A DNA stretch of 64,000 nt from the human T2T-CHM13v2.0 reference genome, Homo sapiens (GCF_009914755.1 NC_060926.1), one strand, 5' to 3'. Numbered from the stretch's first letter, positions 16,551-31,265 are shown. Numbers and translations: made by a program. Notes: generated by a model from the letters alone, not told the origin.

Positions 16551-17044
16551 TCTTTTCACCCATTTTATTGTCTGCAAAGATCATACTTCCATGGGTTTAG
16601 AGTTTTCCTGACTATTTTTGTTTGTTTCTTTTTATATTTGAATTTTAAAATCACTTGTTGGCATTGTTATTTGGATTATGTTTAATGTATGAATTAACAT
16701 AAGGAGAATTGATTTCATTATGATATTGTCTTCTATTAATAAACATGGCACACATTTCTATTTGTCCAAGTCTTCTCTTGTATTCTTTAGGCATATTTAG
16801 ATGAAAGCTTTTTCATCTAGGTTCTGTAAATTAAAAAAATTTATTCTAATGTATATTTTAATTTTGTTTTATTACTTTTGCAAGTGGGATCTTTTCCTTC
16901 ATGTATTTTCTAACTGGTTTTTAATGTATCTGTATAAAAGCTATTGATTTCTTTTATTGTGTATCCTGCTAACTCTTATTTTTTGTAGTAGTTGTTAGTT
17001 GATTGTCTTGGGGGCTTCCAGGTGTACAATCATATTATAGCTAG

Positions 17045-17360
<316 letters not shown>

Positions 17361-17384
17361 AATATTATAGCTAGTTATAATGCA

Positions 17385-17940
17385 ATATATAGTGGCTCAA
17401 AATGACAGTTGTTTATTATTGTTCATGCATCTGTGCATGACTGGGAGGACCTTCTGGTCTTAACTGAACTCATTCATGTATTTCAGTTAGCCATGAATTG
17501 GACAGACAGCCTCTCTGATCTTGGCTGGACTCTCACATATTTGAGGATTGCCTAGAGGTAGGTTGGTTTAAGATGGCCATGGCCAAGACAAGTGAGCTGT
17601 TCTCACATATCTCTTACTTTATATCACCCGCAAGCATGGTAGTCTGAGCATATTTTTAGCTTCACTCAGGGATATTCCCATGAGTATCACAGGATATGAT
17701 ACTTTTTTTTTCATTAGTGTTCATGTGGAACAAGACAGATAGGGAAATGCATAAGCACTCAAGTGTTTGCTTCTCTCAAATTTACCAATATTTTAATGGC
17801 CAAAGAATGTCCCATTGGCTAGGTCCAGATTTAAGGGGTAGGAAAATAGACCCTGCCTCTTAAATGAGAACTGGAGTGTCAAAGGGCAAGAGTCAAGGAG
17901 AGGTGAAGCATAGGTGTTATCAATAAATCAACCTGCTACT
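17385..17940 (-). mobile_element. MLT1 (H-like) MaLR LTR
   Basis: Antisense MLT1-like motifs (tggccaaag...aaatagaccctgcctctt). Confidence 0.55.
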
Positions 17941-18197
17941 TTGTATCTGCAAATAGTGATAGTGTTACTCGTTCCTTTCCAATTTTGATTTCTCTAATTT
18001 TTTCTCTCTCATAATTGCATTGGCAAATACCACCAGAACAATATTCAACAACAACTTCTTGTGGTTGTTGCTTTCAAAGAGCCAGCTTTTGGATTTATTA
18101 GTTACTACTTTTTCTGTTTTCTGATTACTTTTTTAAAAACAATTTATTCTTTTTTCTTTAATGTGTTGTTTTTTTCCTAGCTTCTTTAGTCAGCTGC

Positions 18198-18895
18198 TGT
18201 AGCAATTGCTGTTGACACCCAAGATCCCTTTACTAGGCTTGCATACCCATTGACTGGTTCTGAGAATGTTGATTAATATCAACTCCCAATTGAACATTTC
18301 TCCTTTGAATTGTCATTGATTATGGAAGTTACCTTCTCTGGAAATACCTGAGGTTATGCTTTCTCCTTAGGAATACCCTGCAATCAATGACTAACTAAGA
18401 GAGTGGCACAACTCTGTGATGCCATTTATATTCCAGAGCTCCCCATGGAATATAATTTGGCTGAGGCTAAATTTTATATGAGCTTACATCGTTGCAAGCT
18501 CCCAGGTGGCCTATGTGCTCTAAAGGCCTCCTGTCTGCATTGATGCCTGCCATCCTACTGTACACCCATACTGCCAGTTGCTGATGGTTTGCTTCCCCAC
18601 CTGCATTTGTAAGGATGGTTTATTCTTATCCCAGAAACTCCAGACCAACTCTGGCCTGGCCAAATCAGCTAACTTCTCTGCTGTTTGATGGGCTAAACCA
18701 TACCTTCTCTAGTGAGATCTGTACCTGTTCCAACTTTTTCCCGTTTTTAGGTGTTCTCTCTCAGCCTGAGGATACCATATGGAGTTTCCCTATATCTTAT
18801 AGTGAACATTTTATCATAGTAATACTTTGTATTAAACTTTGTCTGTTTAACCTATTGCATGATTTCTTTCTTCTGATTGGCTCTAGACTGCTACA
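18198..18895 (+). mobile_element. ERVL-type LTR fragments (LTR16-like, then a second LTR ending ...agactgctaca)
   Basis: Starts TGTAG; caatcaatgact and cagagctcccc motifs; ATTAAA and CA terminus. Confidence 0.5.
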
Positions 18896-19969
<1,074 letters not shown>

Positions 19970-21750
19970 TGAATGAAAAAAATCCACTAAATAAATGGTG
20001 GGATATTCTATGTTCATGGAGAGGAAACTTAATGTTGTTAAGATTAAACGTCATCTCAATCAAAATCTTGGCAAGTTATTTCATGGATATCAACAAACTG
20101 ATTTTAAAGCCTATAAGGAGAGACAAAAGACTCACAATAGCCAATACAAAATTGAAGGAGAAGAACAAAGTTGGAGGACAGCCACTACTGGCTTCATGAC
20201 TTACTACAAATCTACAGTAATTAAAAATGTATAGTGGTGGTGAAAGAACAGACAAATGGATCAATGAAACAGAATAGAAAGTCCAGAAATGGACTCACAT
20301 AAATATAGTCAACTGATCTTTGACAAAGGAGCAAAAACAATAAAATGGAGAAAAGATAGCTTTTTCTACCAATGATGCTGTGACAACTGGACGTCAACAT
20401 ACAACCCCCACCCCCACATAAATCTATACATAGACCTTACACCCTTCACAGAAAGTAACTCAAAATGGATCACAGGCCTAAATGTAAAATGTAAAACCAT
20501 AAAATTCCTAGGAGATCTAGAAGAAAGTCCATATGACTTTGCATTTGGTGATGACTTTTTAGATACAACACCAAAGGCATGGTCTATGAAAGAAAGAATT
20601 GGTAAATTGAATTTTATTAAAAGGAAAACTTTCTGCTCTGTGAATGTCAAAAGGATGAAAAGGCAAGCCATGGATTGGGAGAAAATATTTGCAACAGACA
20701 CATAGACACGTCTAATATAAGACTGTTATTCAGAATATACAAAGAACATTTCAAACTCAACAATAAGAAAACAAACAACCCCATCAAAAAATGGGCCAAA
20801 GACCTTAACAGACACCTCACCAAAGAAGATATATAGCAGGCAAATGAGCATATTAAAAATGCTCAACATCATATGTCATTAGGGCTACACACATTAAAAC
20901 AACAATGAGATATCACTACATGTCTGTTAGAATGGCCAAAATCCAGAACACTGACAACACTAAATGCTGACAACAAGAAGTTTTATTCATTGCTGGTAAG
21001 AATGCAAAATGGTATAGCTGCTTTGGAAGATAGTTTGGTGATTTCTTACCATATGGTCCAGTAGTCATTTTCCTTGGTATTTACCCAAAGGAATGGAAAA
21101 CTTACGTGCACACAGAAACCTGCACATGGATATTTATAGCAATTCTATTCATAATTTCCAAAACTTAGGAGTAACCAAGATGTCTATCAGTAGTTGAATG
21201 GATAGATAAATGGTGGTACCTCCAGGCAATGGAATATTATTTAGTGCTAAAAAAAAATGAGGTATCAAGCCATGAAAAGCACATGGAGACTTAAAGGTAT
21301 TTACTAAGTGAAAGAAGACAATTCAAAAGTCTAGTTGAAATACTGCATTATTTCAACTGTGTGACATCCTGGAAAAGGCAAAACTATGGAGACAGTAAAA
21401 AGATCAGTGGCTGTCAGGGGTTGGGGGAGGCATGGCACAGATGATTTTTAGGGCAGTGAAGCTACTCCGTATGATACTATAATAGTAGATACATGTCATT
21501 ATAAATTTATCCAGACCCACAGAATGTACAATTCCAAGAATGAACCCTAATGTAAACTGTGAATTTGGGTGATAATGATGGGTAATGTACGTTCATCAGC
21601 TGTAACAAATATACCACTCTGGTGGGGGATTTTGATAGTGAGGGAGGCTATACACATGTGGGGGCAGGAACTATATGGGAAATCTCTGTATCTTTTAATC
21701 AATTTTGCAGTGGGCCTAAAACTGCTCTAAAAAAGTCTATTAAAAACCCA
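19970..21750 (+). mobile_element. L1MC-like LINE-1 3' part (ORF2 C-terminus and 3' UTR)
   Basis: LKEKNKVGG / YYKSTVIK peptides; 3' end gaaccctaatgtaaact...taaaactgctctaaaaaa. Confidence 0.85.
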
Positions 21751-21759
21751 TAATAAGTA

Positions 21760-24060
21760 ATCTAGTCTACTATATTTTTACTCATTCTGATGTTCTTTCT
21801 TTTCTGAAAGTTCTAGCCTTTTTCTCCTATCATTTCCTGTCTGTTTAAAGAACTACCTTTAGCCATTCTTTAAGTCAGCTTGCTAGCAAACATTGTCTTA
21901 GATTTTTTTGGCCTGATAAGATTTTTATTATTCCTCTTCTTCATTCTTGAAGGATATCTTCACTGAATATAAGATTTGCCATTGACAGTTATTTTGTCTC
22001 AGTACTTGAAAAATGTTGAGCCACTTGTTTCTGGCCTCTGTAGTTTCCAGTGAGAAATCTGCTGTCATTCCAATGGTTTTCCCCTATAAGTAACCCATCA
22101 TTTCTCTCTAGCTGCCTTCAAGATTTTTTCCTCGGCCTTAATTTTAAGAAATTTAATTATGATGTTTCTTGACATGGGCTTCTTTGGGTTTAGCCAATTA
22201 TTTGCTCAGCTTACTGAACCTGTAGGTTTATTATGTCTTTTACCAAGTAGGGGAAGTTTTTAGCTATTATATCTTATACTACTTTTTTGGTCCAGTCTCT
22301 CTTTTTTTTGCTTTTCAAAACTGAAGATATGCATGTTGGCTCTGTTATTATTGTCCCAAATGTTCCTGAGAAATATTTGTCTTATTTTTCAGTCTATATT
22401 TTCTTTGTTGTTCAGATTGGATAAATTCTATTGATTTGTGTTCTAGTCTAAAATAAAATATCTTAGATCAGGTTGCCTTTAGATAACAGAAATTTATTTT
22501 TCATATTCTGGAGGCTGGGAAGTCCAAGATCAAGGTGCCAGAAGATTTGGTGTCTGGTGAGGGTCTTGCTTTCTGGTTCATAGATGGTGCCTTCTTGCTA
22601 TGTTCTAACATACTGGAAGGAGCAAGGCAGGTCTCTGGGACCTCTTTTGTAAGGGCATAAATCTCATTCATGAGGGTGAACTGCTCATGACTTAATCATC
22701 TCCCAGAGCCCCTACTTTCTAATATAATCACCTTGGTGATTAGGATCCAACATATACATTTTGGAGGACATACAAACATTTAGACCATAGCAATCTGTCA
22801 TCAAGTTCACTGATTCTATTATTTCATCTATGCTGTATTCTTGAGTTCATCTAGTGAGATTTAAAAAATTTGGTTATCATATTTTTCAGTTCTATGAGTT
22901 CCATTTTATTCTTTTCTATAACTTGCACTTCTTTGATACAATTTTCTGTTTTTTTCCCCATTTATTTCAAGAGAAATTATGATTACTTATTGAAGCATGG
23001 TTATGATGGTTGCTTTAAAATCTTCATCAGATAATTCCAATGTCTGATTAATCTTGGTGTGGGTATCTGTTGATTTCTTTATCATTCATGTTGTGATGTT
23101 CCTTGTTGCTGTGATGATTCTTAGTAAATTCTTTGTATGTGTTCTGACAGTTCTTGGTATCATGAGCAATTTTTTATTGTGTCCTAGACATTTTGGATAT
23201 TTTATTATGTTGCTCAAGATTGATTGAATATTTTTTAGCATGGGGTCCCTTGTTGAGGTATATTGGGATGTCCAGGTGGCCATGTATATTCAGCTTCCTG
23301 TTGAGCCAACTTTGTTGAAAATGTATGGAGTGGAAGTTCAGCTCCCCTCTTGAATCTCATGACCTCAGTTGCCTTCAGATGGGGATGTGAGATCATCCCC
23401 TCCCCACTGGGCTGAGCTGCCATCAGGAAGGGGGAAGTTGAAAGCTGACCCACATCACTTTGTTGTCACCGGTATGGGATGGAAGGTCAGTTCTCTTCTG
23501 GGTGCTAATGACGCCAGGGAAGGAGAGGGGTGAATTAAGTGCCAACTGACCCTCTCTCCTACCACCTCCTTTTTCCTTGTTAATACCGAGTAGGGGTGAA
23601 GTCTCAGCTTCCCATTGGGTCCTGCTGATGGGGTGTTGGTGTGAAGCAGGGTGTGACTAGATTTACCTCGCATCTTCTTGCTAGGCCTTGTTGTTGCTGG
23701 GTATAGATGGCCACTACTGGACTCCACTAATGCTACCCTGGCACCACCTGCTTTTGCTGGGCAGGAGATAGAAGATCAGCTCCCTACTTGGCCCACCAAG
23801 GTGTGCACCAGGTCGGGAACTCAGACACTCCATCTGCTCTGCAAGACAAGAGGTGGAAGGTTAACTCTCCCCTCAGCCTTGCAGAAAGGAATTGGAGTGC
23901 CCCCTCCTGCTTTTGCAGGGTTATGGGGTAGAGAGGAAGAGCAATGCCCCACTGAGACTGCAGGAGAGGAAGATGGGTGTGTTTTGCTCTGATGTTTTTC
24001 TGTTGTTGGGTGGGTATCTCCAAGAAGGTTTTCTATTGTTAGGCCATCCTTTTCATATCC
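21760..24060 (-). mobile_element. Old L1 ORF1/5' region fragments, interrupted by a MaLR LTR
   Basis: Antisense L1 ORF1-like motifs (tgagaaatctgctgtcatt, gctgccttcaagatttt). Confidence 0.55.
22460..22792 (-). mobile_element. MLT1A/MST-type MaLR LTR
   Basis: ctggaggctgggaagtccaagatcaaggtgcc...aaacatttagaccatagca. Confidence 0.8.
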
Positions 24061-24157
24061 TCTGGCTCTGAAATCTAACCTGAGTGAGGTCCTACAGGCT
24101 CAGGCTGTGCGTTGCATGGAAACATTCTAGGTGGCCAAAGAGGAACCTCTCCTCCTG

Positions 24158-24610
24158 TGTCAGTTTAGGTTCATTGAGAAGTGGGCACCAAGGTGGGGCT
24201 AGATGTGCAGGAGATTTAATGGGAGAAAACACCTGAGAAGCGTAAGTGGGAGGGAGCTGGATTGGTGGGGAGAACCCTCAGAACAAAGGCAGTCAGGTCT
24301 GGCTTCCTTGCAAAGAGAGGGGGAGGAAAGGGTTGAGCTGGGAAAGCCTCAGACACAGTACAGTGATGACAAAGTCTGCAGGCAAGTGGGCTCCCAGAGC
24401 AGGTCACCTCTTGGGCAGGCATGGCCTGACTCTAGAACCTTGTGAGGCTCAACCATCAGCTAGTAGCAGCCAAGAGATGAGCAGCCTCATGGTGAATGTA
24501 ATTACCATCACTCTGTTATTCCAAAGGTGTGGCAGCTGGAAGCAGGTAATCTCGAAGGCAACCCTGAGTGGCAATCCTTATGGCCACCACAGTCCACCTC
24601 TTGCAACACG
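24158..24610 (-). mobile_element. LTR16-like ERVL LTR
   Basis: tgtgcaggagatttaatgggagaaaacacctg motif. Confidence 0.5.
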
Positions 24611-24720
24611 CATGTCACTCCCTTGCCCCTATCTCCCAAATGCTGCTTTTAAGTCATCTCAGACAATTTTCAAAGGACTGCAGAGCAGGAGGTGTTGCAG
24701 TCTTGTTTTAAGATGGTCTT

Positions 24721-25058
<338 letters not shown>

Positions 25059-25270
25059 TAAGATGGTCTTGTCAGGAAATCCTTCCATCTCTCCCTCCCT
25101 GTGTCTGGCTGTATTGAACACCCAGTCTGTGTGACACACACAGTGTGCACAGTATCAAACAAGCATTACAATGGACACAGCTTTTCTGTCTGAGCCCGGG
25201 GTCAAAGCATCCACAGCCTCCCCTCAGTCACCAATTATTGGCTGTCTTATTTTGTATCTGTTCTTCACAG

Positions 25271-25292
25271 GTATGATTTAAGCTTGGATGAA
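25271..25292 (+). other. ACOXL: ACOXL 5' UTR part of the first coding exon
   Basis: Pyrimidine tract and acceptor ...ttcttcacag|G at 25270/25271, followed by 22 nt before the ATG at 25293. Confidence 0.85.
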
Positions 25293-25367
25293 ATGAGAGC
25301 TTTGACAGTTCAGAGAGTGAAGTTTGCCATGGACCTGCCTCTGTTAAAACGTGCAGGTCAGGATCTG
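25293..25367 (+). CDS. ACOXL: ACOXL coding exon 1 ([25 protein letters not shown])
   Basis: ATG at 25293; 75 nt; donor CTG|gtaagt; phase 0. Matches the human ACOXL N-terminus as I recall it. Confidence 0.93.
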
Positions 25368-25395
25368 GTAAGTGTCATTATTATTCTGGTATGGT

Positions 25396-25440
<45 letters not shown>
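25396..25440. repeat. Compound (TG)11(AG)n microsatellite
   Basis: Visible; begins 28 nt downstream of the exon donor. Confidence 0.95.
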
Positions 25441-25441
<1 letters not shown>

Positions 25442-25740
25442 TTTTTTTCTCTCCAGCTTTTATTTTATGTTTAGAGGGTATATGTGCAGGTTTGTTACAT
25501 GGGTAAATTGCGTGTTATGGAGGTTTGATGTACAGAGTATTTCCTCACCCCAGTAGTGGGCACTGAACTCACGATAGGTAGTTTTTTGACCCTCACCCTT
25601 CTCCCACCCTCCTCTCTCAAGTAGGCCGCCGCGCCTATTGATTTCTTCTTTGTGTCTGCGTGTACTCAGTGTTTAGCTCTCACTTATAAGTAAGAACGTG
25701 CGGTATTTGGTTTTCTGTTCCTATGTTAATTTGCTTAGAG
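25441..25740 (-). mobile_element. L1PA/PB 3' end fragment
   Basis: tatgtgcaggtttgttacatgggtaaattg...cacttataagtaagaac. Confidence 0.85.
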
Positions 25741-26125
25741 ATTTTGTTTTGTTTGCTTTTGTGACTTGCTAAGCCTGTTGATCTCATGCTGAGGGCAGCT
25801 GACAGACAGGTCTCGGTGGAGGAGAGTGTCTTCCTCAGGCCCCTTTTCTGCCCCACTCCCACTAACCTAACAAACCCTTTCCTCGGCCCACACATTCACT
25901 TCTCCAATCTCACAGGCGAGGGAATAGGAGTATCAGCAGAAGTAATAAAATATTTGTACACAAAACCCATATAATTTTAGGGATAAAGTTAAATAGCTGG
26001 GAAATAGAAATAACTCATTTTAAGGGCTTTTAAAGTACTTTAGACTTATCCAAAGTTTATGTCTTATTTGTCTAAAAACTGTCATTCTAAATTTAGTGGT
26101 ATTATTTTAGTCAATTTAGCCTCAT

Positions 26126-26130
26126 GAAAA

Positions 26131-26166
<36 letters not shown>

Positions 26167-26172
26167 AAAAAA
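26126..26172. repeat. (GAAA)n tetranucleotide repeat
   Basis: Visible. Confidence 0.95.
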
Positions 26173-26269
26173 TACATGATTAGTGAGTTCCTTTGTGTCA
26201 GTATTAGGAGTGATGTATTTTAGCCAAGTTCATTCAGCTTCATGGTATATAGGAAAAAATATACCTCAG

Positions 26270-26558
26270 CAGGGTGTGGTGGCTCACATCTGTAATCCCA
26301 GTACTTTGGGAGGCCAAGGTGGGCTGATACTGGGTAGAGCCCAGGAGTTCAAGACTGGCCTGGGCAACATGGTGAAACCCTGTCTCCACAAAAAAAAAAA
26401 TACAAAACTGGCCAGGCACAGTGGCTCATGCCTGTAATCCTAGCACTTTGGGAGGGAAGCAGGTGGATCACTTGAGGCCAGGAGTTTGAGACCAGCCTGG
26501 CCTCAACATGGCGAAACATGGCCTGGGCAACATGGTGAAACACTGTTTCTACTAAAAC

Positions 26559-26591
<33 letters not shown>

Positions 26592-26972
26592 GCCAGGTGT
26601 GGTGGTGCACGCCTGTAGTCCCAGCTACTTGGGAGGCTGAGGCACGAGAATCCCTTGAACCAGGAGGCGGAGGTTGCGGTGAGCTGAGATTGCGCCACTG
26701 CACTCCAGCCTGGGCAACAAAGCGAGACTCTGTCTCAAAAAATAAAATAAAATAAAATAAAAAACCCCAAAAACCCCAAAACACTAAACAAATACTAGCC
26801 AGGCATGGTGGCCCACACCTGTAGTACCAGCTACTTGGGACGCTGAGGTGGGAGGATCGTTTGAGGCTCCAGAGGTCGAGGCTGCAGTGAGCTATGATCG
26901 CACCACCGCACTCCAGCCTGGGCAACCGGAGTGAGACCCTGTCTCAAAATGAACAAACAAACAAACAAAAAA
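26270..26972 (+). mobile_element. Nested Alus: an older Alu split at its middle linker by a second full Alu (about 26410-26762)
   Basis: Left arm 26270-26405, full dimer with (CAAAA)n linker, then right arm about 26790-26970. Confidence 0.85.
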
Positions 26973-28904
26973 CCCAACACCACCCGCCCTCTGAGACCCC
27001 CTAAGGGAGGAGCCTGAACTAGGGTAGCTGCAGCTCAGCGGCATGCTGAGGAGCCGACCCTATCCTGCAGCAGCCCAGCCCTTTCCCCACCCAGCATGGT
27101 CTGGGAGGGAGAGTCTGAGGACTGAGGGATGGAGTCCTCCCAGTTCAGGAGACCACAGGGGCGCCTTTCTTTGTGGAGCGTAGAATGGAGCTAGTGGGGG
27201 CCTGGGATCCATGCTTGAAAGTAGATCCCTCTCCCTTCCCCACAATCCCACCAACCTTTGGTAGGTTGTCTAAGGAGACAAGGACCAATCCTGGAGTCTT
27301 CTCAGGAAGGAATTACAGGCAGAGCCTTGGCACCACCTGCGCTGCGATACTGCAGGCACCTCCACGCTGACAAGGGCGCTGCAGTGTCAGCTGAGCTGGA
27401 GAACGTGCAGATGGATGTTCACTTGGCACAGGAAAACTCCCATGTGACAAAGTGGAGCGTGCTTGCGAAGCGTAAAAAATCATTTCATACCAAGTAGTTT
27501 GGCAGAGATTTTCAAGCTAGGAAATTGCCTCTTGATGGAGCATCCATTTAGAGCTGTGAATACAACCAAAAAAGAAAAAAAACACAAAAACAACCAACCT
27601 CTTTGCTGCCAACCACTCTCTCTGTCAGAGTCGCCTCCAAGTGCGTTCGGCATGGGGCTGGTTGGAAGGTGAAATCTTGGCCTGTGGCCAGCTTCTTGCT
27701 CCCTTAATCAGCCCAACATGTCTGTGGCTTAACTTAGTGTCAATACTCAAGACCCGGATGTGAGAGCTGATCCCTTAATGAGGCTTGCTAATTGCAGCCC
27801 GACCCGCTGAGTCTGAAGGATTAGCCTCTGTAATCTCGCTCCTGATGAAGCGTGTTGAGCTCTGGATCCAATTATCTTCCTGTTTTCCTGGCTCACTTAG
27901 TGGCCTTAGGCAGCCTGGACAACTCTCTGTCCTGGGTGATTAGATATAATTCCTCCAGGAGGCACAGGATTGGCCCTAGACCATCCCTCCAGTCATTTCT
28001 GTGAATTATCTCGGCCTGTTTGGCACCTCTCTCTGTATGAATTCACAAAAGCCAATAAACCTGAAGGAAATGAAACTGGCCATCAGTGCGGCAGGCTCAT
28101 CTCGCTGGGCGGATGTCATGAGACTCGGCAGCACATCTGTGTTTGAAGGCTCTCAAATTCCGCCCTGTAAACAGCTGGAGGAGCTGTCCACATCCAGTAA
28201 TTCTAGAAGTGTTACATGATTCATCCTGCCTCTTAATAAAATGATTGAGTCATGGCTGTCCTGCCTGCTCAGGGAGCATGCCAGGCCCGTCTGTGTTTCC
28301 CTGGACCCCCCTTTCATGTTGCTCTCCACTTTTGTGGATGATCCGATGAGCTCTGAGGCAGAACGCGGTGTATAATGTGTAATGATGATGTTCTAGGGGA
28401 CAAATAAGAAGGGAGTCTCATTCACTCCAGGTCTCTATGGACAGTCCGCAGGCCAAGAATAAACCATTAAAATATTTCCACGCTGTGTTTTCCCCTCTGC
28501 CATCTGTAATAGATTTGAGATGTTTCAATAATTTTAAAGCGAAAAAACAATATGAGTCTGATTGCAGAGTGTGCACGCACACACACACAGACACACACAC
28601 AGTGTGAACACCATCATTGTTCTCTGTGCCAACTTCTCCTGCACCTGTTTCTAGTGACATCACCTTTGTGCACCTCAGCCAAGAGCTCTCTTGTTCCCCT
28701 GAAGTTTCCAGAATTGGATCCTGGGCTGGGGGAGTCACCAACTGCCTCTATTTCCAGATGCAGAGACCTTCTGTCTCTAAGACCCAGGTCTTATCATCTA
28801 CTTTGTGGCAGTGTCTTGTCCTGCATGGGGGACAGCTTCCTCAGAGATGCTCATCCCTGGAAGCTGACAGAGTCTGACAGCCTGCACTGATCTTCACCAT
28901 AGCA

Positions 28905-29140
28905 GACAGTGACAGCTCAAGTTGACTGAGTACATGTTCTGGTACAGTCCCAACACTAAGAACTTTAAATAGATGATGTCATTCAGTATTCACAACATCC
29001 CTCATGGCATTCCCATTTTACAGATAAGTAAACTGAAGCTGAGTAATTGGCCTGAGGTTAGTTATACAATTAGTGAGTTGTATATATAAATGACTAGTGA
29101 ACCAGGGATTCAAACCCAGGTGCTCTGCTTCCTGAGCCCA
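28905..29140 (+). mobile_element. MIR
   Basis: cccattttacagataagtaaactgaagct...ggattcaaacccagg core. Confidence 0.75.
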
Positions 29141-29622
29141 CGTCAAACAGGTGGTGCTTGCCCCTGTCTGCACAATAGAAGCAGCCAGACAACTTTCAAA
29201 ACTCCTGCTGTGAAGGCTTTTGCTCAGGCTAATCAAGTCAGCATTTACATCTCCCAGGTGACCCACTGTGCATCTGGGGTTGCGGACTGCTGCACTATGC
29301 CTCCTTTCCTGCACCCTGTCTCCCCAAAATTGTTCCCATTAAGCATTTGGTCCCTACCAATCAGGGCTTGTGGGTGGCTCATAGGGAAACCGCATCTCAA
29401 CATTACCTTTCCCCAGGAGGGAGCCAGCTGGGATCAGGCTTCTTTCAGCCAAGTGTAGTGTGGGTTGGGGACAGATACCTGGATGATGAAGATCCTACCC
29501 CTGACTCCTTCTTCCCCTCCCCCAACCAGCCTACAACCGTTCTCTCTCTCACCCAGAGCTCTGGTTTTTATCCCCATGATCCACACGAGTGAGGGGCATA
29601 GTTGCACCATCGTTATCTAAAC

Positions 29623-29987
29623 CAGTGGTTCTCAAAGTAAGGCCCGAGGACCCGTGTGTGTCCCCAATACCCTTTCAGGTGCTATGTGGAAAGTATATGT
29701 CCAACTACCTGCATGTGAGACACTGGATATTCATCATAAACTTCAACCAAAACAACATATCACAACAGATGGCACAAAAGCAGTTATGAAAGGGCAGCTA
29801 TCTTTTATTGAGCCAGATACTAAAACAATGTGAAACAATGCCATTCTTCTCATGAGTTTTTTGAAATTATGACTATTTTTCATAAAAATTATGCAATATG
29901 GTAAATTGACAGCTGTAGCCTGGACAAACAAAACCTCTTTGGAATCCTCAGAAAAGGTCCAGGGACCATAAAGGTTGAGAGTCACTG
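29623..29987. mobile_element. hAT-Charlie non-autonomous DNA transposon (Charlie2-like)
   Basis: TIRs CAGTGGTTCTCAA / TTGAGAGTCACTG; 8-bp TSD ATCTAAAC/ATCTAAAT. Confidence 0.85.
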
Positions 29988-31059
29988 ATCTAAATCGTCT
30001 ACTATTTTCTCAGGAAGCTCAGTCTCAGCAGATCAGAGGGGAACTAGTAGAACATTGGTTGCATTATATTTATATTACATATATTATGACTATTATTTTT
30101 ATCAGAATTTTAGGTAATCTCCGTTTGAGGTATTTTTGTATTTGGAGAAATATCAGGTGGGTGATCAGATCTAAAATGGAAGAATGTTCTAAGGTCAGCT
30201 CACCTTAGAAGGTGTTTGGGAATGCCGGGGAGGGTGGTTACTTTTCTACTCAGACCTTGAGAGAAGAAACAGCCTTTCCTGGGAAGCGTTTACATTTAAG
30301 CCCTGAGTGTGTTGTGCAAAAGGAGCTGAGCCAGGAATCTGCCAAGAGGCTGAGATGTCTGTCCTGTCCCAGTCCCAACTCACCCAGGCCCCACCCTGTT
30401 GCCCACAACTTCCAGTGCCAGCCCCAGCGAGTGCTGCAGACTGTGACCGCTGTACTCCCCCACCCATCCCAGGACTGGCTCCTGACCGACGGACAGACTC
30501 TGAGCTCTTGGCTCTGCCGCCCTGGCCTTGGCTCCCTCTTGGGCCTCTGGCTTCTGTTTGTACTGGAACCCAGGCTTCTCCTAGTGGGCTGTGACAGGCT
30601 CCCCTGGCTCTTAGTCCTATATACTGTCTTTGGCAGGAGTCCCTGTCCCAGCTCCAGCTCCACAGACTTGGACATTGGCCACTTGGCCAGCACTTTGGTC
30701 AGGCCAGCCCTGGCCGCCTGGGATATCTTGGAGGATTTGGGCAGAGACAACAGGACAGAGAGGTCTGTTTACAGAAGTCCCTCTATGTAGATTGGCACCT
30801 GAATGCAGTTGTCATCTGTGATAGCCACAGGGATTACTTGAAAGCGGGGCATGGCAGGGAGTGAGCTGGACCTGCCCTGGGATTCCAGTGCAGCTGGAAT
30901 CATGGTGCTATTTGTTTTTTGACACTGCAACCATTCTGCATTAAAAAACACCCTTTTCAATCTAAGCCTTCATTATTACTCGTGCAGTGAAATACTATGT
31001 AAAAAACCAATAATTATTTCTCGCTACCTTTTGCTAAGTCCCTTCCGTGTGCCAGGTGA

Positions 31060-31265
31060 GGTGATTCGTTCATTTTATAATTGTTTATTGAGCACCTACA
31101 GTGAGCCAGGCATTGCTCAAGGGGCAGTGAACAAAGCAGGCAGAAATTACCTGTCTCGATGGAGCTTACATTTTTGTCTGGGAGGAGTCAGACTATAAAC
31201 TAATAAACAAAGTAAATTTCTGGTATGTCAGATGGTGATGGATGCTGGGGATAAAAATCAAGTGT
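31060..31265 (-). mobile_element. L2 3' fragment
   Basis: tttattgagcacctac...gccaggcattg...atggagcttaca motif. Confidence 0.7.

Noticed and set aside
30212-30790. Longest ORF in the track (192 aa, +) overlapping a 166-aa ORF on the minus strand
   Set aside because: The + ORF starts at GTG, there is no recognisable domain or exon structure, and GC-rich sequence yields such ORFs by chance. PhyloCSF or Ribo-seq would be needed to revive it.
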